NCBI GenBank assembly: GCA_023245895.1
Contig: JAHFJJ010000002.1
Span: 3,348 to 67,347, forward strand
DNA length: 64,000 nucleotides
Direction of reading: 5' to 3'
Source of the DNA: Candidatus Doudnabacteria bacterium
Lineage (GTDB): Bacteria; Patescibacteriota; Doudnabacteria; UBA920
A program made the position numbers and the translations under genes. Below, piece after piece: positions 1 to 8,110 of this stretch. The notes below the pieces were generated by a model. It worked only from the letters and a program-made list of their open reading frames with translations. It searched no databases and was not told the origin of the DNA. How positions within the stretch are numbered: position 1 is the first letter of the stretch; each line of letters begins with the position of its first letter.

Positions 1-77
1 AGTCGTGGCCGCTTTTGTCGTCTTTGAAGCGTTGTTTAAGTATTGCTGCCAGCTGGATTTTATAATCTTTCATGAAG

Positions 78-824
78 TTATTTTTTTGCCGCTTCCGGGC
101 TAGGGAGTTTTCTTAACAGGAACGCATAAGAAATTCTGACGTTGCCGTCTTTATCAGTCGTAACTTCGGTATCAAAAGACTCAAGGTTTAAATTATATTT
201 TTTTGCCAAGGCCAAAATTAACCGGGACTCTATAAGTAACACCCCAAAGCCTGCCTGGGTGCCTTTTTTTGTTGGGGATTCAAAAGAGCTTTTTGGGGAT
301 TGGGGTGACGGCGCCAGTTCGTTTCCAAACCTTAGCAAAACAGCTCCTTTTACTTTTGAGACCCTGCTGATTTCAGAAATAGCCTGCTCAACCCCTGCCT
401 GGTCGGGCATGAAGTTTAAAGTGTAATCGGAAACTATTAAATCCTGGCTTTCGCTTTGTACGCCCGCTTTGCCCATATCTCTAATGTCGCCGCGCGCGAA
501 ACCCACTTTTTCTGAATCTTCGCCCTGGTTTTCCGCCTTAGCGGCTTCTAAAGGCTGTTGGTTTATATCCAGTAGTAAGATTTTATCGGATGCTTTTTTA
601 CCCCTTTGCCTCAGGTGGGAATAGAGCCCCTTAAAGGCATTTAGGTTTTTGCCTGTTGCCGACCCTAATGCCAACATACTGACTGATTCTCTATTGCTAA
701 AGGCACGGACCATGGCTGGAGTAATCATATTTTTTGCCCTGGCAAATAAGCCTTCATATTGCCTTAAAGGGTTGACCTGCTCTTGAATTTGGTAATAATC
801 CCGGGGGCTGCCTTTTTCTGCCAT
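78..824 (-). CDS. class I SAM-dependent methyltransferase
   Basis: 248 aa. Motif I-like LALGSATG, then ILLLDIN, an acidic GDIRDM and DLIVSDYTLNFM, consistent with a Rossmann-fold MTase. Confidence 0.65.
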   Translation of the reverse strand: MAEKGSPRDYYQIQEQVNPLRQYEGLFARAKNMITPAMVRAFSNRESVSMLALGSATGKNLNAFKGLYSHLRQRGKKASDKILLLDINQQPLEAAKAENQGEDSEKVGFARGDIRDMGKAGVQSESQDLIVSDYTLNFMPDQAGVEQAISEISRVSKVKGAVLLRFGNELAPSPQSPKSSFESPTKKGTQAGFGVLLIESRLILALAKKYNLNLESFDTEVTTDKDGNVRISYAFLLRKLPSPEAAKK

Positions 825-918
825 AAGATTATGTGAAATAATATTTTGCTTTATTATACACTATTTTAGCTAAACTCCCATTGGCACAAAAAAACTCCTG
901 CAATAACAGGAGTTCTTT

Positions 919-992
919 TGGCGGGGAGTGCAGGAATCGAACCCGCGCAGCTCGTTTTGGAGACGAGCGTACTACCACTATACGAACTCCCC
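919..992 (-). tRNA. tRNA-Trp (anticodon CCA)
   Basis: Reverse complement reads GGGGAGTTCGTATAGTGGTAGTACGCTCGTCTCCAAAACGAGCTGCGCGGGTTCGATTCCTGCACTCCCCGCCA. It has a 7-bp acceptor stem, a D-loop, the anticodon loop CTCCAAA, a GTTCGATTC T-arm and an encoded CCA. Confidence 0.85.
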
Positions 993-1243
993 GTGGGAGA
1001 ACTGATAATGGTTAATTAATAACCCATAACAAAAGTTGCTTGTTATCAAATATAAATTATCAGTTTTGCCAACTATTTCGTTTCCTTATGTAAAGTTTTC
1101 TTTTTACAAAATTTGCAGAATTTTTGGAGTTCCAAACGTTTTTGGGTGTTCTTTTTATTCTTCTTGGTTTGGTAATTCAAGTTGTGGCAAACCGTGCACT
1201 CTAAGTTTATAAGATGGTCTTGGGACATGGGAGAAATAACTTT

Positions 1244-1312
1244 TGACAATTAACAATTAACAATTGACAGCGATCAAAGTTAAAGGTTAATTGTAAATTG
1301 TTAATAGTTAAT
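1244..1312. repeat. AT-rich heptamer or palindromic repeat region (caattRa units, then the inverted ttaattgtaaattgttaatagttaatag)
   Basis: The sequence ttgacaattaacaattaacaattgacagc is followed by its partial inverse. The same 29-nt motif recurs inside a CDS at 54742..54770. Confidence 0.6.
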
Positions 1313-1345
1313 AGTTTTACTAAATGGAGCCGGCTGTCGGACTTG

Positions 1346-1376
1346 TCCGCCGGAGGCGGATCCGCCTTTGGCGGAA
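1346..1376. repeat. GC-clamp double hairpin (tccgccggaggcggatccgcctttggcggaa)
   Basis: Near-perfect palindrome centred on GATC. An almost identical copy lies at 24356..24387. Both are adjacent to tRNA-Thr genes. Confidence 0.6.
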
Positions 1377-1419
1377 ACCGTGGCCCAACCACCTACGGTT
1401 TACCCGCCTGCCGATTGCC

Positions 1420-1495
1420 TGGAGCCGAAAGTCGGGTTCGAACCGACGACCTGCTGTTTACAAAACAGCTGCTCTACCAGCTGAGCTATTTCGGC
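1420..1495 (-). tRNA. tRNA-Thr (anticodon UGU)
   Basis: Reverse complement reads GCCGAAATAGCTCAGCTGGTAGAGCAGCTGTTTTGTAAACAGCAGGTCGTCGGTTCGAACCCGACTTTCGGCTCCA. Anticodon loop is TTTGTAA, the T-arm is canonical and CCA is encoded. Confidence 0.85.
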
Positions 1496-1665
1496 ACTCG
1501 GCGACTGGCGGGCAGGCAAAACCGTTGCTCTACCAGATGATCCGCCATAGGCGGACGGCGTGATACCGGATAATCCCGCTCAGCGGGACGGCCGACAACT
1601 TTTGATATTTTAACATAAACACTTAAAAAAAGCCAGCCCCTAAATACCTGCTATAATATTAAAGT

Positions 1666-1887
1666 ATGATTAGGAACAATCACAAATCCGGCTTTGCCTT
1701 AATTGCCTTAGTAATTGTCCTTGCCGTTGCCGCTGTAGTTTTTGCTATGTACTATGGCGATTCAGGCAGCGGGAAATCCATGCAAAAGGCCGGGCAGGAT
1801 GCCATTGAGAAGACAAAGGAAAATAATGCTTTGGAAATCCAAAACCATATGGAAATCCAAAATGAGTTAAATGGCATGAACAGGTAG
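1666..1887 (+). CDS. small membrane-anchored protein with a prepilin-like N-terminus (KSG-FALIALVIV)
   Basis: 73 aa. A basic N-terminus precedes a G|F-x-L-I hydrophobic helix resembling a type IV pilin or pseudopilin leader, but without the Glu at position 5. Confidence 0.4.
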   Translation: MIRNNHKSGFALIALVIVLAVAAVVFAMYYGDSGSGKSMQKAGQDAIEKTKENNALEIQNHMEIQNELNGMNR

Positions 1888-1890
1888 TTT

Positions 1891-2048
1891 GTCATTGCGA
1901 GTAGCATATAAGGCGCAGTAATTCTTTTTTGTGTCATCCCGACCGAACTCTAAGCCATTAATAAGTGTGAGCGGAGGGATCGCTTAACGTTGATGTAATT
2001 CGAACGTAAGGGATTCCTAGGCTCAGATGCATTCGCTCGGAATGACAT
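1891..2048. mobile_element. MITE-like element, composite: a gtcattgcgag head plus a ~118-bp copy homologous in reverse orientation to the 44245..44365 element
   Basis: Positions 1931..2048 reverse-complement to ATGTCATTCCGAGCG...GGGATGACAC and align along their length with the element at 44245..44365. Terminal inverted repeats are gtgtcatcccgaccg and cgctcggaatgacat. Confidence 0.6.
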
Positions 2049-2114
2049 GCCAGGGATGTCAGCTTGTAGTTTTTTGCTATAATAATCCGGATTAAATCAA
2101 TTAATATCTTAAAA

Positions 2115-3368
2115 ATGCCCCACAAAGTTAAAGATATAAAACTTGCAAAACAGGGAAAAATAAATATAGAGTTGGCTCAGCGTGAAATGCCGGTTATGGC
2201 TATCATCGCCAAAGATTTTAAAAAGAAACAGCCATTAAAAAATATTACCGTGGCCTGTTGCCTGCACGTTACCAAAGAAACCGCGGTGCTGGCCAGGGCT
2301 TTGGCCGCGGGCGGAGCCAAGGTTGCCATTTGCGGCAGTAATCCCCTTTCCACCCAGGACGACGTAGCCGCGGCTTTGGCCCAGGAGGGCGTAAATGTTT
2401 TTGCCTGGAAAGGCATTTCCAACAAAGACTATTACCGGACTTTAAATAAAATTTTAGATTTTAAACCGCAAATTATAATTGATGACGGGGCGGACGTAAT
2501 TTCGCTTATCCATTCACACAGGGCAGAACTTTTAAAAACACTTTGGGCCGGGCAGGAAGAAACCACTACAGGGGTTATTCGCCTAAAGGCTATGGCCAAA
2601 GACGGCGCGCTAAAATTTCCGGTGGTAGCTATAAATGATACGCCCACCAAGCACATGTTTGACAACTACTACGGCACCGGCCAGTCTACAATGGACGGCT
2701 TGCTCCGCGCCACGAACATTTTGCTTTCCGGAAAAGTTGTCGTGGTCGCCGGCTACGGATACTGCGGCAAAGGCATAGCGCTAAGGGCTAAAGGCTTAGG
2801 CGCTAGGGTCGTGGTGACAGAGGTAGATCCCCTGCCTGCATTGCAAGCGTCCATGGACGGCTTTGAAGTTATGCCAATGGCCCGCGCGGCCGGAATTGGC
2901 GATGTATTTTTAACAGCCACGGGCGATAAAGACGTAATTGTCGGCAGGCACGTGAAGCTCATGAAAGACGGCGCCATTTTGGGCAACAGCGGGCACTTTA
3001 ATGTGGAAATAAACTCTTCCGATCTTCATCGGCTTTCCAAAAACCATCGTAAAGTCCGTGGGCAAGTGGAAGAATTTACTTTAAAAAATGGGCGGCATAT
3101 TTATTTGATTGCCCAAGGTAGGCTTATGAATTTAGCTGCGGCTGAAGGCCATCCATCGGCCGTAATGGACATGTCCTTTGCGGACCAGGCCTTAATTTGC
3201 GAATGGCTGGTAAAAAACCATCAGCGTTTACAGAAAAGAGTTTATAACGTACCTGACGAAATAGACAAAAAAGTTTCCCGCCTTAAGTTGGCCGGTATGG
3301 GCGTAAAAATAGATGTTTTAACGCCGGCGCAAAAAAACTATTTGGCAAGTTGGGAAGAAGGAACGTAG
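2115..3368 (+). CDS. ahcY: adenosylhomocysteinase
   Basis: 417 aa. Shows the SAHH NAD-binding core GYGYCGKG and the conserved blocks TKETAVLARAL and HFNVEI. Confidence 0.9.
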   Translation: MPHKVKDIKLAKQGKINIELAQREMPVMAIIAKDFKKKQPLKNITVACCLHVTKETAVLARALAAGGAKVAICGSNPLSTQDDVAAALAQEGVNVFAWKGISNKDYYRTLNKILDFKPQIIIDDGADVISLIHSHRAELLKTLWAGQEETTTGVIRLKAMAKDGALKFPVVAINDTPTKHMFDNYYGTGQSTMDGLLRATNILLSGKVVVVAGYGYCGKGIALRAKGLGARVVVTEVDPLPALQASMDGFEVMPMARAAGIGDVFLTATGDKDVIVGRHVKLMKDGAILGNSGHFNVEINSSDLHRLSKNHRKVRGQVEEFTLKNGRHIYLIAQGRLMNLAAAEGHPSAVMDMSFADQALICEWLVKNHQRLQKRVYNVPDEIDKKVSRLKLAGMGVKIDVLTPAQKNYLASWEEGT

Positions 3369-3476
3369 GGGAAGTGATTAGTGATTAGGGATTAGGAAAA
3401 TACAAAACAAATAACCACCCTTCGAATCCTTCTTCAGGCTCGTCGGGTGGCTTTTTGGTTCGATTACAATCAGGGC

Positions 3477-3692
3477 TTACCTTTCTTCACTGGAGCTAAA
3501 TTCGAAATTCACTTCAGGGTAACGCTCTTTGAGGGCTAGCTCCGTTCTGTAAACGGAGTTTCTGTCGGCGCCTTCGACGACTTTCGCATGAAGGTGTACG
3601 ACTACAGAGGCTCTGACTTGTGTTACTACAGGATTTTCTTTAAGCTCGTTTGCAACAGCCAACAATATTTCTTGAAGTTCGATCGTCGACAT
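3477..3692 (-). CDS. hypothetical small protein
   Basis: The likely true start is MSTIELQEILL (ATG at 3690-3692), preceded by GGAGGAACC. The ORF track extends it to 3740. Confidence 0.5.
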   Translation of the reverse strand: MSTIELQEILLAVANELKENPVVTQVRASVVVHLHAKVVEGADRNSVYRTELALKERYPEVNFEFSSSEER

Positions 3693-3740
3693 TTGGTTCC
3701 TCCTTTTGGCTAGCGTGGTTGATTGTTTAGACTTTAACAA

Positions 3741-4434
3741 ATTTTACAGACGAGGTCAATTAAAAGAAAATAAAAAAAACAAAAAGACCGTCGGCGCATT
3801 TTTTGGAAGTCACTCCTGAACCTTCCTAAAACGCGCCAACGGCCGCGGGCTTAGCTTTGCGCCTTGCCCTACAAAAGCCAATGGCAATTAAACACGGGAA
3901 CCACCGGCTTTGGTTCCTTAATTGCGCTCTCTCTAAAAGGTTTAATCTTATTTCCCGCCCTTAGACAAAACGCAAACAGGCAGTTACTACATTACATACC
4001 CAGTCTGGTTGGAGTTCGCTCCGGCGGCTTGCACTCGGACATTCTCTACCTTCTTTGTAGGGTCGCACCTCAGGTGGTAGATTTTGCCCTCGATTTCCAC
4101 CCTTTCTTCGGATAATGCGAGTTTTGTTTCGCATCCTTGGCACTTTGGTCTTTCCAACGGGTCGCGGGAGGCAGAGCCTGTGTGGGTTGGTTTTGGCCGC
4201 ATTTTCTATTTCCTCAGTTCAGATTTCAGATTCAGTTATTTGTAGTGGACGTGAATGAGCATGTGTTAAGTTCCTCCGTTAGGCTACCTAACTTGAGCTG
4301 ATTATATAATTAAAAAGCTTTAAAGTCAAAATTGCCTCTACTACTAAAAGAGAAAAAGAGGTATAATCATAATATTAGGAAACTTATGAATCCTTAAAAA
4401 AGTAGGGAATTATTAACTAATTCATAATCATAAT
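3741..4434. other. unusually long (~690 bp) divergent non-coding region with nested GC hairpins and a TATAAT-type promoter near its 3' end
   Basis: Only short ORFs on conflicting frames cross it. A nested hairpin gcaattaa...ggaacc-accggcttt-ggttcc...ttaattgc sits at 3884..3925. ggtataat lies near 4359, and taatcataatat is repeated twice upstream of the 4435 start. Confidence 0.4.
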
Positions 4435-5430
4435 ATGGGAGAAATTTTTTTAGCCGAAACAGATCCCCGGCCCAAACCCATTGAGCTTAACGTTGAGCCG
4501 AGATTTAAAGAAAAATGGGAAGTTTTTTTACAGCACTGCGGCCGGAACGCCATAGCTTTGGATGGCAGAGTTATAGGCGCAACGAAGCGCGACTTTAATT
4601 TGCCCGCGGCAAACTTTAACCACCACGAAGAAGTAGACCGCACGTCAACCGCCGCGACCAGCCAGCAGACTTTAACTGAAATTAGGCTTGGATTATTTGA
4701 AACTTTTCAGAAAGACGGAAAACCTTTTGCCCGCCTTTTTGTAGAAGACTGCGATGAGGACGTCAGCACATCAGTAGCTTTGTTTGAAATGTATTGCGAA
4801 GACCCAGGCCTGTTGGATAACTGGAGAGTCAACCAATTGGTGGAAATAGAAAATCGTTTGGATATGTCGGCAGGCATGTACCCGATGAAGCACGATTTGG
4901 ATACATTCGCGCAGCTTCGCTGGGTTTATGAACCATACAGGTCCGCGCGCAGACAGGGCAAAGTATCCACCATGGACGCAAGCGGCATGGCCGAAATTAT
5001 TAAAGAAATTGGCAGCCGTATAAGAAAGTTTGTTGAAGAAAAAGCGGAACAAATTCCCTTGGACGGCAGATATGAAGTTTTGGGAGGCGGCAAAAGTTGG
5101 TCAATGGTCAAAGAAATTGGCAGTGATGCCAGAGTTAAAATGATTGCTGACGGCATTAAGGCCATACTTTCCGTGGCCGAAGTGCCAACGCAAGAAGGGC
5201 AGGAACAGCATTGGAAATATACTCTTGCAAGAATGTCGCCTTGGATAAAATTTCCATTGCCTGAATTTTACAGCTACCTTAACGAACAGGAAGGCATACT
5301 AGCAGGGAGCCCGGATAGTTGGGGCGGCAGTGATTTGTCAGGCGGCTCCCCAAAAACTGCCCACAGTAAAATTCCACCGCAAAGAATGGAGCAACTGCTA
5401 AATGAATTTTTAGAAAGGCAGCAAGAATAA
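4435..5430 (+). CDS. hypothetical protein (331 aa, acidic, no recognisable domain)
   Basis: Long uninterrupted ORF with a TATAAT-like promoter upstream and tandem terminator hairpins downstream. Confidence 0.6.
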   Translation: MGEIFLAETDPRPKPIELNVEPRFKEKWEVFLQHCGRNAIALDGRVIGATKRDFNLPAANFNHHEEVDRTSTAATSQQTLTEIRLGLFETFQKDGKPFARLFVEDCDEDVSTSVALFEMYCEDPGLLDNWRVNQLVEIENRLDMSAGMYPMKHDLDTFAQLRWVYEPYRSARRQGKVSTMDASGMAEIIKEIGSRIRKFVEEKAEQIPLDGRYEVLGGGKSWSMVKEIGSDARVKMIADGIKAILSVAEVPTQEGQEQHWKYTLARMSPWIKFPLPEFYSYLNEQEGILAGSPDSWGGSDLSGGSPKTAHSKIPPQRMEQLLNEFLERQQE

Positions 5431-5492
5431 AAAAACGGCATTGAGTTTTTGGTATAATGCCACTTTTAACTGGATAGTGTACGACCTTAACA

Positions 5493-5527
5493 CAAAAACA
5501 CCTTGCAAGTTTGCAAGGTGTTTTTGT
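5493..5527 (+). terminator. rho-independent terminator hairpin (acaaaaacaccttgcaagtttgcaaggtgtttttgt)
   Basis: Perfect 12-bp stem flanked by an A-run and a T-run, so it can act in both directions. It follows the 4435..5430 CDS. Confidence 0.7.
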
Positions 5528-5547
5528 GCCCCTCGACTTCGCTCGAG

Positions 5548-5586
5548 ACACAAAAAGACTCTGCAAGGTTGCAGAGTCTTTTTGTG
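5548..5586 (-). terminator. terminator hairpin paralogous to 5493..5527 (caaaaagactctgcaaggttgcagagtctttttg), immediately 3' of tRNA-Tyr
   Basis: Same architecture as the neighbouring hairpin and abuts the tRNA CCA end. Confidence 0.65.
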
Positions 5587-5670
5587 GTGGGCAGGATAGG
5601 ATTCGAACCTATGTAGCCGAAAGGCGCCTGATTTACAGTCAGGTGTAATTGACCGCTCTACCACCTGCCC
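5585..5670 (-). tRNA. tRNA-Tyr (anticodon GUA), type II with a long variable arm
   Basis: Reverse complement reads GGGCAGGTGGTAGAGCGGTCAATTACACCTGACTGTAAATCAGGCGCCTTTCGGCTACATAGGTTCGAATCCTATCCTGCCCACCA. Confidence 0.85.
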
Positions 5671-5730
5671 TAGTTTTTAAATTACTTTGAGTATTTTAGC
5701 AGGTTTGCGCGGGTTTATCAAGGTTTTAGT

Positions 5731-6219
5731 TTAAGCCGAGCCAATAAAATAGCCGGACAGGAAAACCAGGATGCCTCCCACCACGACTTGCAGGCAGGAA
5801 AGCCAAAATTTCATCTTTAAAAAATGATAGCGAATGAAGGCAATGGCAATGAGTTCAATGCCTACAATAATGTAGGCAAGGTATAAAGCGGTGGTAAGGT
5901 CCTTGAGCAAAAAAGGCAGGGTGTGGAATACGCCGCCCACGAATGTCATGCCGCCGGTAATTAGGCCTCGCGCTACGGGGTGTCCGCGGCCGGTGAGTTC
6001 GCCGGTGTCGGAAAGGCCCTCGGCAAAAGCCATGCTAATGCCCGCGCCGGTGGCGGCCGACATGCCGACTAAAAAAGCAATGTGCGCGCTGCCGGTGGCG
6101 TAAGCCGTGGCAAACAGCGGCGCCAGCGTGGAAACCGAGCCGTCCATAAGCCCCAGCAGTCCCGGCTGGATTATCCTGCGCAAAAAGTTGGAATCGTGAT
6201 GGTGTTGTGGGTCTATCAT
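5731..6219 (-). CDS. VIT1/CCC1-family (DUF125) membrane protein
   Basis: Contains GMSAATGAGISMAFAEGLS plus several TM helices. The annotated N-terminus (MIDPQHH) lies inside the left inverted repeat of the GIY-YIG element, so the true start is probably the downstream Met (MDGSVST, about 6147). Confidence 0.7.
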   Translation of the reverse strand: MIDPQHHHDSNFLRRIIQPGLLGLMDGSVSTLAPLFATAYATGSAHIAFLVGMSAATGAGISMAFAEGLSDTGELTGRGHPVARGLITGGMTFVGGVFHTLPFLLKDLTTALYLAYIIVGIELIAIAFIRYHFLKMKFWLSCLQVVVGGILVFLSGYFIGSA

Positions 6220-6499
6220 CCCGTTAGAGACAGGGAACGCTTCAATCTGTTTTTCAGACAGCGTTTTCCCATGCCAGATTTTAAATATCTTTCTCTTGCC
6301 ATTGCGTCAAACTTATCAGTTGATGCTTCATAATAAATAAGTTCAAATGGCCCGCGACCTTTAGTGTAAGTTGATAAATTACTATTGTGCTGATTGAAGC
6401 GTTTCCGTAAGTCTTTAGTAAAGCCTGTGTAGAGATTGCCAGTCTTTTTACTTTTTAAAACGTATACATAATACATAAGCCGTCTCTAACGGGATCATA
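6214..6499. mobile_element. small GIY-YIG-carrying element bounded by 16-bp inverted repeats (atcccgttagagacag / cgtctctaacgggat)
   Basis: The inverted repeats at 6218..6233 and 6481..6497 bracket an 86-aa GIY-YIG ORF. The whole element sits at the 5' end of the VIT gene. Confidence 0.6.
6216..6476 (-). CDS. GIY-YIG nuclease domain protein (small URI-domain endonuclease)
   Basis: Has MYYVYVLKS...GNLYTGFTKDLRKRFNQHN...ELIYYE...ARERYLK, the hallmark residues of the GIY-YIG superfamily. Confidence 0.8.
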   Translation of the reverse strand: MYYVYVLKSKKTGNLYTGFTKDLRKRFNQHNSNLSTYTKGRGPFELIYYEASTDKFDAMARERYLKSGMGKRCLKNRLKRSLSLTG

Positions 6500-6556
6500 T
6501 ACAAAAATTATAGCACAATTTTAAAAAGACGGCTTTTTTTAGTGGCCGTCTAAAGT

Positions 6557-7204
6557 TTATGACGCCCCTTCCAAAAGCTCAAAATCTTTTTTAAACAGCC
6601 TTAGCGAAATATGAAAAACCCCGTAAGCAATAAAAAAAGCGGAAAATACGTCTATGGAGTAATGCAAATGGCCAAGCAAAACTACGGCGCCAAAAAACAG
6701 CGACGCAAAAAAGAACAGCCGCCGGAGCAGTTTGTCTTGCCAAAAAATTAACATCATTAAAAAAGGAAAGCCGGTGTGGCCGGAAAAGAACAGCCCGGCG
6801 TCGGCCCCGGCAACAAGCGTTTCCAAAAAGTTGGTTGTATGGATGACCCACTCGTTGGCCGGCGGCGCCAAGTGCGTCATCATAATAAATACCGCCCGCA
6901 CGCCAATAAAAAGCCCGCAGGTTTTTAACACAAAAGGAATCCTGGCCGGCCTGTGCAGGCAAAGGAAGCTTACAAAAGCAATAAGCGCTATCATCCCCTC
7001 TACAAAAAGGATTTCAATGTTGAGGGTGGGCAAATGGTCCAAGATAATGTCCGTAACCGAAGAAGTTGTGGAGTGCGCGACTGTGTATTTGTTGGCGAAG
7101 TTGTTGAAAAGCAGGGCCAAGCCCATAACCAAAAAACCGCTTAAAACTTCCAGGTAAAAAGCTTTGCTTGATATTGAACGGTAACGGTGGACTAGTTTAC
7201 GCAT
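6557..7204 (-). CDS. PAP2-superfamily membrane phosphatase or sphingomyelin-synthase-like protein
   Basis: 215 aa and multi-TM, with the SGH motif (FFSGHTG) and the HY..DV motif (GHLHYSIDV) characteristic of PAP2_C. Confidence 0.65.
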   Translation of the reverse strand: MRKLVHRYRSISSKAFYLEVLSGFLVMGLALLFNNFANKYTVAHSTTSSVTDIILDHLPTLNIEILFVEGMIALIAFVSFLCLHRPARIPFVLKTCGLFIGVRAVFIMMTHLAPPANEWVIHTTNFLETLVAGADAGLFFSGHTGFPFLMMLIFWQDKLLRRLFFFASLFFGAVVLLGHLHYSIDVFSAFFIAYGVFHISLRLFKKDFELLEGAS

Positions 7205-7221
7205 ACAAGTAATTTAGGCGG

Positions 7222-7989
7222 CTAAATTTTTTTCAATTCCAAGCACATAAACAGCGGGATTTCCTTGCGGGCTTTGTCTTCGGCCGTTTTGCGCGGGCCT
7301 TTGTCCGAAGTTTTATGCGACACCCACTCTTCCAAGCGCGTTACGCTAAGCCCGGCTTTGGCAAAAGTTTTAAAGTAAACTTGCAAAGGATGGTGGAAAG
7401 ACAAAGTGTATTTTTTATTTTTGGGGTCTTTAATGCCCTGCGTCATATCCACAGCCTGGGAAATTTCCGACATATAGCTGTCTATACGGCGGTATTGCGC
7501 GTTTGCTTTCTCATCGAATCCCCAAGATGAAGCGCTCGGCACACGGAAAGCTGGGTGATTCAGAACTAAAACCGCTCTGCCTTTTGGTTTAAGCACCCTG
7601 GATATTTCCAAAATTGCCGTGCCTAAATTTTTTATATTTTGCAAAGCCAGGATGCATATTGCGGCATCAAATTTTTCATCACGTATATTACTTAGCTTTT
7701 CGGCTGATTCCACTAAGTATGTCTCGTTATCTGATGCTTGGGATTTTGCAATTTTTACCAACTCATCTCCCACATCAACTCCCACTACTGTGGCCCCGCT
7801 TTGCGCCATCACGCGCCCAAAATAACCCTGCCCACAGCCTACGTCCAAAATTGTCTCGCCTTTTTGCGGGTTAAGTATCCTCATCAAGTTAGGCTTAATC
7901 AATTTTTCCTGGTAAGTATCCTCTCCTTCTTCCAAAAGGCTGTTGTACCATTTAGCCACTTTGCCCCAGGAGGTGTCTTTTTTATTCAT
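7222..7989 (-). CDS. class I SAM-dependent methyltransferase (MTase type 11-like)
   Basis: Shows ILDVGCGQGYF...VVGVDV...ICILAL motifs I-III. Confidence 0.75.
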   Translation of the reverse strand: MNKKDTSWGKVAKWYNSLLEEGEDTYQEKLIKPNLMRILNPQKGETILDVGCGQGYFGRVMAQSGATVVGVDVGDELVKIAKSQASDNETYLVESAEKLSNIRDEKFDAAICILALQNIKNLGTAILEISRVLKPKGRAVLVLNHPAFRVPSASSWGFDEKANAQYRRIDSYMSEISQAVDMTQGIKDPKNKKYTLSFHHPLQVYFKTFAKAGLSVTRLEEWVSHKTSDKGPRKTAEDKARKEIPLFMCLELKKI

Positions 7990-8110
7990 AGTCTTTATAT
8001 AACGTGCTTGTGGATAACTCTTGACAAAATTTAATAATTAGGATATAGTACGGGTACATTTGGCAGTAGTGCCATATGACATCAACTGCAGGACCTAGCG
8101 CCGAAAGGTG

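Noticed and set aside
1320-1420. Possible third tRNA between tRNA-Trp and tRNA-Thr.
   Set aside because: Neither strand gives a cloverleaf: there is no D-loop or T-loop consensus. The sequence is the GC double hairpin plus a small stem-loop.
1298-1563. Two plus-strand ORFs (80 and 79 aa) and one minus-strand ORF (61 aa) in the 1207..1563 region.
   Set aside because: They overlap the tRNA-Thr gene and the GC palindrome; they are translation artefacts of RNA and repeat sequence.
3741-4434. RNase P RNA, tmRNA or SRP RNA in the long intergenic region.
   Set aside because: Only a short GGAACCaCCGGCUUU resemblance to the P4 3' strand was found. No matching P4 5' strand, T-arm/CCA or domain IV motif could be located, so no ncRNA call was made.
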